Shown one piece after another: positions 53,965 to 64,000 of a stretch of DNA of 64,000 bases. A program made the position numbers and the translations under genes. The notes beneath the pieces are model-generated. The model ran no database searches, had not been told where the DNA came from, and worked only from the letters and a program-made list of their open reading frames with translations. This DNA comes from Chiloscyllium plagiosum (taxonomy: Eukaryota). The DNA is taken from positions 83,434,503-83,498,502 of the forward strand of contig NC_057718.1 in NCBI RefSeq assembly GCF_004010195.1, written 5' to 3'. The number at the start of each line of letters is the position of its first letter. Position 1 is the stretch's first letter.

Positions 53965-55800
53965 GTGAAGAAAATCGAACTTACCCTGTTATGTGGACTC
54001 GTCGTTATTGACATTTGTGCTCAAGAAGGGACTATTTACCAGTGTGAACCTGAGTAACCAGAGACTGTGTACCATTTAGGCCAAAAAGATGTCATTGTGT
54101 GCTAAGAGACTGATTCCTTCGATGCATGGAATATTACCAAGAATGACTGCTGCAATGGTCAACTGCATCAAGATGATCGGACAGTTTGCTTACAGGACAA
54201 GTCTCAATGGTCTTTACCCTGACAAGGTGTTTCATGCTAGTTTGATTTCAATTGTGCCATGGCGGTCCTAGTAAGCCTTGCCCCTACCCAAAGAGGTCTA
54301 AATCTGCACGCCACAAAAGAGAAAAGGGGGAAATGCCATCTTTCACTAATAATTTCTTTTTTCAAAGTCACAACAAAATATTCAGTTGGGATGAAGTGAT
54401 CTGTTACACCCTCTCATCAGCAAAGGACTCCTTGAGCTGAAAATGTGTTGCTGGAAAAGTGCAGGTCAGGCAGCATCCAAGGAGCAGGAGAATCGACATT
54501 TTGGACAAGAGCCCTTCTTCAGGGATGAAGAAGGAATGCCCGAAACATCGATTCTCCTGCTCCTTGGATGCTGCCTGACCTGCTGCGCTTTTCCAGCAAC
54601 ACATTTTCAGCTCTGATCTCCAGCATCTGCCGTCCTCACTTTCTCCTAAAGGACTCCTTGACCCCTTTCCCCCTCCCAAATCCCAATGACGGAGTATGGA
54701 ACACTTCTAAGACATTTACCGGACATAATGTTTTTTTTCAAATGTACTAACTGCTACTGCTCCCCTGTGGGGCCTCGCATTATTACCGGTGTTCAGGTTC
54801 TTTGTGGTAAGAGTGATGGCACCCACCTTCACTATGAGACTCCTAATGGCACCTCCATCTTCCCAATTGTGGGATGGAAGGAACCAGTCTGGGACAATAA
54901 CTGCATCTCTTACTAAAAGACGTACCTCTTTTTATTGAGCAGCTTTCGCCCTAAGCGCCCAGGGCGACCATACTTTGTAGCCATGGACTACCCATACGTT
55001 TAGGTAGTCACAAAGACAGGCCTGCGTCTTACTGGGAAGCCCCCTCCATTATCTATACCAAACCCGGTTACTATTTTCTCAGCCAAGGCAGAGCGACCAA
55101 CTTCCTTGTTCTTGATGAAATAGGTACTTCCCATGCTGCAACTGTAGGGACACTTTTTCCCGACTACTGTTCCCTGTCCAACAATCTGGGAATGGGGTTG
55201 GGGTTTCCCTCCCACATGTTCAGTTTCACCTGAATTCTGCGTGCATTGGAGAGGTGCTAAGGCCTTGGGAACAGTAAAGCTCAATCTACGGGCTACGCAT
55301 TTCTTAGTACTTTTTCCTTAGGAAGATCTGCAAGAATTATTAGCCATCTAAACCAAAACTATTTTATTTGCAGTCTCACCCTCGTGGGCAACGAGACAGC
55401 CTCGGCCTTAGCAGGAGTTAAGGACATGCTCTCAGAATTACATCTATTTTCCCAGCAAAGCCGGTAAACCCTCAACTACCTACTCGCCAAAGTGGATGGG
55501 GTTTGCGCCATAGTAAAGGGCAAGTGTGTGATGGGGGTTATTGACCTCATTGAGAACATTACCAAGCATTTAGATAACATCCGCACCTTCGTCAATCAAA
55601 TGACAGAAAGCACTAGATGGGGAGATTGAGGTTTTGGCTCATGGTACAATTGGTTGATAAATCTGTCTATGTATATTAGTATTATTTTAATTTGTCTCTT
55701 TGCTGGCATTGCTATTGTTAAATGTATTATTGCCAAGCTAAAATTTTCTGTTGACAAAATCGGCTTCCCCCCAGAAAATGCTTCTTCTCCGTCCAAATGA
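53965..55800 (+). pseudogene. env: env remnant (class I fusion glycoprotein with filovirus-GP2-like TM)
   Basis: Signal-peptide-like start KIELTLLCGLVVIDICA; TM frame 55261-55800 with heptad repeat, immunosuppressive-domain-like R*TLNYLLAKVDGVC, CX6C, Trp-rich juxtamembrane segment and membrane anchor; stops at 55465 and 55627. Confidence 0.88.
54436..54647. mobile_element. Palindromic Penelope-derived mini-element inserted in env, 14-bp TSD
   Basis: TSD aaaggactccttga at 54422-54435 and 54648-54661; inverted arms each with a degenerate hammerhead core. Confidence 0.88.
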
Positions 55801-55942
55801 AGGTGAGGAGGAGAGGTTGCCTACCCCTACTTTGTCTGAGGAGGAGGAGGAGTAGGAGGAAGTATGGCAGTTTCTAGTATCCATTCAATTGGATTGATCT
55901 AATCTAAGCCGTCTCATCCTATGGTGTGGTCATGGAATGACC

Positions 55943-55954
55943 AAAGGGGAGAGA
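55943..55954 (+). promoter_or_regulatory. Polypurine tract
   Basis: AAAGGGGAGAGA directly before the 3' LTR. Confidence 0.8.
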
Positions 55955-56852
55955 CGAGGATCTGAAACCTGAATACAGGCGGAGGTAACTAGTTGTCAGG
56001 AACAACCGCTTAACAGGTGTTCTTAATAATGTAGGTGGTAGTAAAATGGCTTCTCAATGCAAATAACATGACAAAATGGCTTCTAGGCTGCAAACTGACA
56101 ATTCTGCTACAGCTGCATTATTGACTAACCACAGTGCTTCAACAGAGATTAGCAGACAATGCTCCCTTCACTGCATAAAAATAACCAGACTAGATAAGAC
56201 ATTACTGGCCATCCTAACTGACCTTCAGATGCAGCTGCAAAGGCTCAGTTAGTGAGATTAAGGTGGCCTGAGTGTTGGAAAACAAAGTTGGTTCCCAGAA
56301 AATATCACTGGACCAAGTAACTGTCAAATAGTGCAATATCGTGTAGATTAGATTACATTACAGTGTGGAAACAGGCCCTTCAGCCCAACAAGTCCACACC
56401 GACCAGCTGAAGCGCAACCCACCCATTCCCCTACATTTACTCCTTTACCTAACACTATTGGCAATTTAGCATGGCCAATTCACCTGACCTGCACATCTTT
56501 GGACTGTGGGAGGAAACCGGAGCACCCGGAGGAAACCCACGTAGACACGGGGAGAATGTGCAAACTCCACACAGACAGTCGCCTGAGGCGGGTGTATCGT
56601 TTAGTAATTGTCTGAATGTACTATGCGATCATAGCCTGTGCACTTCTATAAGAAAAGTATAAAAATGTTTTTGTTTTAAGCCATATGTGCAGCTCCTTCA
56701 AGGAATACAGATGTACACAACCTCTGTTTCCGGATGTTCTGTACCAGGCCGTACGAAGAAATAAAGAACGAAGCCTTAGAACCAAACTGATTGTGAGTGC
56801 TTATTGACCGATCACGGAACAGAAAGACCGCCCTCCGGGGGTCCAAGGCTTC
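55955..56852 (+). repeat. 3' LTR, interrupted by a SINE
   Basis: Direct repeat of the 5' LTR; TATAAA at 56658-56663, AATAAA at 56760-56765; exact right end uncertain. Confidence 0.88.
56346..56591 (-). mobile_element. 5'-truncated HE1/V-type SINE inside the 3' LTR
   Basis: Absent from the 5' LTR; flanked by the TSD gtgta (56341-56345 and 56592-56596). Confidence 0.93.
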
Positions 56853-57405
56853 GAGATGCTGGAAGACTGAAGGCTGGTGAACGTGGTGCCACTATTTAAG
56901 AAAAGTGGTAAGGGAAAAACAGGGAATTACAAACCGGTGAGCCTGACATCAGTGGTAGACAAGTTGTTGGAGGGAATCCTGAAGAACAGGATTTATATGT
57001 ATTTGGAAAGGCAGCGATTGATTCGGGACAGTCAATATGGCTTTGTGCATAGGAAATCATGTCTCACTAACTTGGCTGAGTTTTTTGAACAAGTTACAAA
57101 GAGGATTGATGAGGACAGAGCACTGGACGTGATCTATATGGACTTCAGTAAGGCGATCGACAATGTTCCTCAGGGTAGACTGCTTAGCAAGGTTTGATCA
57201 CATGGAATACAAGGAGAACTAGCCATTTGGATATAGAACTGGCTTGAAGGTAGAAGACAGAGGGTGGTGGAGGGTTGCCTCTCAGACTGGAGGACTGCAT
57301 CCAGTGCTGTGCCACAAGGGTCGGTGCTGGGTGCACTGTTTTTTGTCATTTATATAAATTATTGAATGTGAACATAGGAGGTATGGTTAGTAAGGTTGCA
57401 GATCC
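56853..57405 (+). mobile_element. CR1 ORF2, right part, continuing the copy split by the ERV
   Basis: Resumes at gatgctggaagactg; ORF 56877-57197 NVVPLFKK...GNYKPVSLTS...YMDFSKA. Confidence 0.9.
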
Positions 57406-58244
57406 ACAAACCCACGTTGACTCTAGCTGATTACCTTGAGCTCATCCAAGTGCCCTGCCATGACATCTTTCAGAATAGCTTTTAATATGTTCCATATCAC
57501 AAATGTTAAGTTAACTAGACTTAGTTTCTTGATTTCTATCCCTCCCTTTTTGAATAAACAAGTTACATTTGCTATTTTCCAAACTAGCAAAGCCTTTCCC
57601 TAATCTAGGGAAGATTGGAAAATTAAAAGCAATGCATCAACTTTCTCACTACACATATTTCATTTAAGATCCTAGGATGGAGTACATGAGGACCTGGGTA
57701 GTTTTCAGCCACAGCTCCAACAATTTACGAAATATCATTTCCCTAGTAGTGAGTGTCGATTTCTCCCTGCCTTTAATTTCCTGACTTCTAGCTACTTCTG
57801 GGATGTTATAGCTGTATCCTCTATAGCGAAGACTAATTCAAAAATATCTGTTCAACTCATCTGACATCTCTTTATTTTCCATTATTAATTCCGTAAACTC
57901 AATTTCTACAGCAGTTTGCTAACAGTTTTTCCCTTCTCGTCTTTACAGAAATCTGACTATTTTCATACTTTTAGCTTTTTTACCTCTCATTCTCTAATTT
58001 GACCCTCATATTAATCCTGAAGTCTTCCTTTAATAGTTTTCATATTCTGCCCAATCTTCTGATCTGCTGCCCAACTTCATGCAGTTACATGATTTTTCTT
58101 CAAGGTTAACATGATCTTCAGTTAACTATTTTAGAAAACTATTGATGATGGATCCTCCCCTTGGAACTTTTCTATCTCTTTCCAAAGTATCTGTGTATTC
58201 TGAAATAATCCCTTTAATGCCTGCTACTGCATCACCACTGACCT

Positions 58245-59490
58245 ACATAGAACAGTACAGCACACAACAGGCTCTTCAGCCCACAATGTTATGCCAACCA
58301 CTGATCCTCATGTATGCACCCTCAAATTTCTGTGACCATATGCACGTCCAGCAGTCTCTTAAATGTCCCCAATGACCTTGCTTCCACAACTGCTGCTGGC
58401 AACGCATTCCATGCTCTCACAACTCTCTGTGTAAAGAAACCGCCTCTGACATCCCTTCTATACTTTCCTCCAACCAGTTTAAAACTATGACCCCTCATGT
58501 TAGCCATTTCTGCGCTAGGATATAGTCTCTGGCTATTGACTCTATCAATGCACCTCATTATCTTGTATACCTCAATTAGGTCCCCTCTCCTCTTCCTTTT
58601 CTCCAATGAAAAAAGTCCGAGCTCAGTCAACCTCTCTTCATAAGATAAGCCCTCCAGTCCAGGCAGCATCCTGGTAAACCTCCTTTGAACCCTCTCCAAT
58701 GCATCCACATCTTTCCTATAATAGGGCGACCAGAACTGGAAGCAGTATTCCAAGTGCGGTCTAACCAAAATTTTATAGAGCTGCAACAAGATCTCACTAC
58801 TCTTAAACTCAATCCTCCGTTAATGAAAGCCAAAATACCATATGCTTTCTTAACAACCCTGTCCTGTGGAACACCACTCACCACTGACTTCCAGGCAGAA
58901 TATTTTCCTTCTACTACCACTCCCTGTCTTCTGTTGGCCAGCCACTTCTGTATCCAGACAGCTAAATTCCCCTATATCCCATTCCTCCTGACCTTCTCAA
59001 TGAGCCTACCATGAGAAACCTTATCAAATGCCTTGCTGAAGTCCATACACACCACATCCATAGCTCGACCCTCATCAACTTTTCTAATCACATCCTCAAA
59101 GAACTCGAAAAGGTTTGTGAGGCATGACCTGCCCCTCACAAAGCCATGTTGACTGCATTTAATCAAGCCATGCTCTTCCAGATGGTCATAAATCCTATCC
59201 CTCAGAATCCTTTCTAACACCTTGCAGACGACAGACGTGAGACTTACTGGTCTGTAATTGCCGGGGATTTCCCTATTTCCTTTCTTGAAGAGAGGAATTA
59301 CATTTGCCTCTCTCCAGTCCTCAGGTATGACTCCAGTGGACAGCGAGGATGCAAAGATCTTCGCAAGAGGCGAAGCAATTGCATTTCTCGTTTCCCAAAG
59401 CAGCCGAGACAAATCTGGTCCGGTCCTGGCAACTTGTCAATCTTAATGTTTGACAAAATTTTCAGCACATCAACTTCCTCTATCCCTGTC
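58245..59490 (-). mobile_element. CR1 LINE (second subfamily) with an internal deletion near 58860
   Basis: ORFs 58972-59412 and 58322-58789; same subfamily as 14085-14870. Confidence 0.92.
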
Positions 59491-61106
59491 CCTTAATCTA
59501 TCATTCGCAAGTTAACTTTAGCTATCTCTGCTTTCTTACTGACCCGGCTAGTATTGTAAACAGCTAGCTTCTTCCCCTCTAGTAAAAACCAAATCCTAGA
59601 AGGTGGAAAACCAGAAAAAAACCCAAAAGGAACACTTCCTTCCCTAACTCCCTTACTCATCAAATTGCCAGCACTCAAAGTTGAGCTAACTGGGCCAGAA
59701 GGCCTGGGTTCAAGTCTTACTTGCTCCAGAGATGTGTAACAGCATCTCTGAGCAGGTTGATTAGAGAAGATATAAACCTGGATGAAATTTAGAATTTAAA
59801 CAGATAATTACACAAATATAAACTACAAAATTTCTAAAAATCTAAATTAAGAACTCCCTTACTCAGCAAACTGCCAGACCTATTCCAAGTCACACTAGCT
59901 AGCTTCCAAATAGATTTTAGCAGAAACTTGAAGTCGATGATCATAAACTTAAAATATTCATAGACTAGTGTAATTTCTCAGTGTGATGGAAGATAAACAG
60001 TTTTTATTTCTATTAAGTAGTTTTTAAGACTGGTAACCTAACGAAGACTTTTAATAATAATGAAAATTAGTGAAAAATAAACATTTTTCACAGAATCATC
60101 TATTCATGAGTAACCTGGGTTTTTAAAAAGATTAATTTGAAGAATTAATAGTTTTAGTTATGTATACTACTCAGTTTTTAAGTATGGCTTTTTTAAAAAT
60201 ATGGACCAGATTTTTTTTTTTTTTTTTAAGTGTGTGCAATTTCAAGTGCCTTCCAAACTAGTACAATTTTGAATGTGACCTAGAGCTCTAATTCAGGTGA
60301 ACTGAATAATTAATGATCCTGTGAACAGAATGGGGAGTAATGGCTTGTATTTAAAAATCATTTATCTTTTGTGTTAGTCATTTTGTTCAGATTATGCAAT
60401 TATAACTTGCAGAAAATCAACTTTTTTGTAATGAATAGCTTATCTTCTTTGTCAGTTTCACATCAATTATCCTGGTGTTTGACATCCACTCCATTTTGAT
60501 TCCAGATGACATTTCCCTCAATCTCAGTTGGTATTCAATTTATTTACAAACATTTTATTTTTGTCTTTGCTTGAACAGTTTTGTTTTCCAGGATTCCATG
60601 CAAGAAGGGTTTTTTAAAATTGAAACAAAAACAAAAATAGAAAATATCATGAAAGAATTACTAACCACATGTTTCATTAAACACATTTTTCCCAACAGAC
60701 AGCGTACAATAATCACTGTCCAACTCATCAGTCATATGAACCAGAATCTAAATCAAAAGTGAACTTGATCATCCATGTTTATGAATAGCCTTAAATACTT
60801 AATCCCACGTGTTGATCACTGTTTGGGTTATACAGCTTGATGCAGTAATGAAATTTATACATCAAATAGAACCAGTTATGATTAGGATACTTGAAGAATT
60901 GGGCCACCAATTGTGTTAGTGCATTATATTGTTTCAAGTTTCTTAGGTTTAAATGAACTACATAAAAAATGTTTGCCCAAAGACTTCAATTTTATTTTGA
61001 ATGCAATATCCAGTAAAGTTCAAAGAAAATGTAACACTTATCCAGAATCTGAAAGAGACAACTTAAAGGTATAGTTTCATTATCTAAAACTAGCTTGATT
61101 ACTTAC

Positions 61107-61164
61107 CAGGCTCCAGCTTAATAACTTTAATGGCTGCCAGCTCTGCAGTATTGACATTCCGAGC
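61107..61164 (-). CDS. MAP4K3: MAP4K3 exon 2 (58 nt), ARNVNTAELAAIKVIKLEP, includes the subdomain II Lys
   Basis: Minus strand reads ttcctctttag|GCTCGGAATG...GAGCCTG|gtaagt. Confidence 0.96.
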
Positions 61165-62575
61165 CTAAAGAGGAAACAGAAAACAGGTTATTAGCATTAA
61201 TCTTCACAAATCCCCAGAAAATTCTCAACAGTCACAATATACTGCATGAAGTTCTGCACTTGGCACTTTCTTGTCCAGGCTAAAACAAATGCAGAATGAA
61301 GAGTCAACAAACAGTGCTTGAGAGAAAGCCATCTCAGCATAATGTTCACCCCAAAATGTAGAGAGTATTATTGCACAAGATGAGACATTCTATTTCAAAA
61401 TAAAACACCAAAACATTTCTCCCTTTTCTTGAACCAACCTATGCAACCATCAGCACCAACTAGTTCACAAGCCAAATTAAACGGATCATTTGTCAAGAAG
61501 ATTTACATTTCTCATCCAAAGATTCTCCCCCCATTTGAATCCTTATCCTGTTGCACAAATAAACTTCGGATTCAATAAGATGATAGGATAACTACTGTCA
61601 GAATCAAGAACTTCCACACAACATAAAGCCCAATTGAATTTCCAGTCTCGAGCTTCTCTACTTCTCTCCAAAAATACACCTCAGCTGTAAAAGACAGGAT
61701 ACCAGCCATTAAACACACAGAAAATAACACAGCCTTAAAAATGGAAACGCCCAGCCAACAGTAAAATTTAAAGCTGCCAGTCACCTTTGTGGTTCAGCTA
61801 CATGACATCCTTGTTTTTGTCATGAGTTCTACTTGCCTGCATCTGCCTGTCCTATGCTGGTGTAGAAGTATCCTGAGACCGCATGGTAATTGCTGCTAAA
61901 AGCGATTTCTAATCTTGAACACGTTGAAGTCACTGTCCACTCCTTTGCACTTCAATTTCACAAATCCATTAGCCATCATGCAAGATGGCCAATGTCATAC
62001 CAAACTGTGACCAGCTGAAGAATAGTTCATGCATGGTTCAATGGCTGGCAGAACATGGATTTAAGTAACCTACACAAGTACAAACACATGAATCTAACTC
62101 AATATGTATATCTGCCTCTTCTGATATTATTTCACGATGCAAAATCAAAAGTTAAAAGAAAATGTAGACAAATGTTTAAATTGTAAGATAAAGTCAATGA
62201 GTCATTTTCAAGTAAACAAGAATAAAACTCATGATCGTTCTGACTCGGTCTTTGTTAACAATGATTTGCTCATGATTCAGCATTTAAATTAGTCTGCCAG
62301 TTAAAAAGGATTTATGACATCTTGGTGACAGAATTTCTAATACAATAGCTGGATAATAAATGCTACTGGCAATTAAAATTAATTTTAACTTGCAAAAGCA
62401 TAAAAACAGTTGAGGCACCCACTGTCAAAACTAAAATCATTCAAGTGAATTACAGAACTGCCGATACCAAGTCCTCCCATCTATTCAATAATATCTTAAG
62501 TCACCAATAGCAGGCAGCTTCCATCACACTTTTTAATTTGCATACCAATTGTTTCCATTCATTCGCTCAGTGAGT

Positions 62576-62708
62576 TCTGAGAAAGGGTCACTGGACCCAG
62601 AATGTTAACTTTGATTTCTCTCCAAGGATGCTGCCCAACCTGTTGAGATTTTCCAGCAATTCCCGTTTTTGTTTGATTTCCAGCATCTGCAGTTCTTTCG
62701 TTTTTTTA
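62576..62708 (+). mobile_element. Decayed Penelope-derived short repeat
   Basis: ctgagaaagggtcactggacccagaatgttaact (degenerate hammerhead) ... tttccagcatctgcagttcttt. Confidence 0.6.
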
Positions 62709-62924
62709 TTCTCTCAGTGAGAATGCCGATTAGTACTGAATTGGGTACAGTTTTGTCCATGTTCAATAAGGACATCAAGATTGCTGAAGCTCAGTTTGAA
62801 TACTACACTTAGCAAAAAAAAACTTTTAACTCAGCAATTTATGCTTGATCTTCATATCCAGAAGGTGAGAAAAATCTAGCTCAATGTACTGAACTACCCA
62901 GTTCACTAAAGCAATAGTTATAAG

Positions 62925-63095
62925 GTGTGGTGCTGAAAAAGCACAGCCGGTGAGGTAGCATCTGAGGAGCAGGAGAATCGACGTTTCGAGCATGAGTTCT
63001 GATGAAGAGCTCATACTCAAAATGTCAACTCTCCTACTCCTCAGATGCTGCCTGACCGGCTATGCTTTTCCAGTACCACATTTTTTGACTCTGAT
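62925..63095. mobile_element. Palindromic Penelope-derived mini-element
   Basis: Inverted arms around ctgatgaagagctcatactcaaaatgtc; same family as 41658-41885. Confidence 0.8.
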
Positions 63096-64000
63096 AAAAT
63101 AGCAAACATGATATTTTACAATGTGTTAGCAAAGCTTACACCAGTGAGATGTGGGATTGAGAATTCCCATTAACGTCAGAGTTTTCTATTCGTAAGCCGT
63201 TGGATTACAGAAGTAGAATTTATTGGCACAGATCTGAACTGTTTAGTCATCATATTACCACAGAAATAAACTACTTACGTATTTAAACTGAATAATCTTG
63301 CAAAAAACAAAATAATTCAGTTTAGCAAGATTTTAAAATAAAATTCTTCCAACAAGCTAATAACCAGATACACAGGGCTACAAAATATTCTTTAATCAAA
63401 AGTTATAGAGATATAATTGGATCCCATCCTAACTCAACCGAGCATACTAGAGGCTGTCAGACAAGATCATAAACACACAGTGACTGCTTGTCACATGTCC
63501 TTCAACACTCCTATTGGTTTCCCATTCATTCCCTAATACTTGAAGACATTTTTGTCAAATGTAATCTTTTTCTTTAACATTTAGAATAATTTAAAATCAG
63601 ATTCTGAGTTGATGTTTTGATGGAAAAGCAGAACTCTTGTTACCGAAGGCCAACACAAAGTCAATTCAGACCTCTAATGTGATGCAAATCTGAGCAGAGC
63701 AAAGGCATGGTGACTTTAAGTCCAGCTAATTACTGTACCAGTACTGTCTTCTCTCACTGTTTGGCAGGCATGGCAATATAGAATTATTGGCATTTCAAAG
63801 CATGCTCAGGACTCAAACTCATTGGTAATGTCTGCTACTATTGAATGCATCAGAATTATAAAGCACTGAAGGAAGCCATTTCATCAATGTATAAAGTCTT
63901 AAATGGTTAGATGTGGAAAGGATGTTTTCTCTTGTGATGGGTCCAGAAGTACAGGTTACTGTTTTAACATTAGTGATCACTATTTTGAGACTGAAATTAG

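Larger units (their letters stand above)
49523..56852 (+). mobile_element. Decayed class I (gamma/epsilon-like) endogenous retrovirus, antisense to MAP4K3
   Basis: Two ~650-bp LTRs, PBS-like and PPT sites, and gag, RNase H, integrase and env remnants in retroviral order; colinear CR1 sequence on both flanks. Confidence 0.92.
3117..61164 (-). other. MAP4K3: Partial gene span, MAP4K3/GLK (STE20/GCK-I Ser/Thr kinase), coding exons 2-9
   Basis: Eight GT-AG exons splice in frame to [189 protein letters not shown]. Diagnostic residues (IKVIK, EDF, QQEIIMMKDC, GLYYLH, DNGHVK, VSAQI) fit MAP4K3 rather than MAP4K5. Exon numbering is by analogy with the vertebrate gene. Confidence 0.95.

Noticed and set aside
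53965..55800. Domesticated, syncytin-like intact env
   Set aside because: Several stops, frameshifts and a mobile-element insertion make this copy non-coding.
55238..55800. Endogenous filovirus element
   Set aside because: The glycoprotein remnant lies between integrase and the PPT/3' LTR of a retroviral provirus, and no NP, VP35 or L sequence is seen; it is a retroviral env.
61165..64000. MAP4K3 first exon or promoter
   Set aside because: No sequence encoding the GxGTYG loop and no CpG island was found; exon 1 lies beyond the window.

Overview
Eukaryotic genomic DNA, very probably from a cartilaginous fish (shark), inferred from HE1/V-type tRNA-SINEs, HER1/CR1 LINEs and a Deu-domain SINE. 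The window lies inside one minus-strand gene, MAP4K3 (GLK). Eight consecutive kinase-domain exons (58, 91, 65, 56, 48, 43, 73 and 132 nt) have canonical GT-AG sites and splice into one open frame. The first exon and the 3' exons lie outside the window. The introns are full of decayed retroelements: CR1, L2, Tx1, a Penelope-like element, SINEs and a solo LTR. Two things stand out. (1) A decayed class I (gamma/epsilon-like) endogenous retrovirus at about 49523-56852, inserted into a CR1, whose env TM remnant aligns by hand without gaps to filovirus GP2, with a Cys-bounded internal fusion loop, NET and NIT sequons and a CX6C motif. (2) Several short, often palindromic Penelope-derived insertions carrying minimal hammerhead-ribozyme cores, two with 14-bp target-site duplications. 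There is also an unidentified 120-bp CpG-rich insertion inside a SINE. Most ORFs in the supplied track are retroelement fragments or noise. All homology statements rest on recalled reference sequences, not on searches, and repeat boundaries are approximate.
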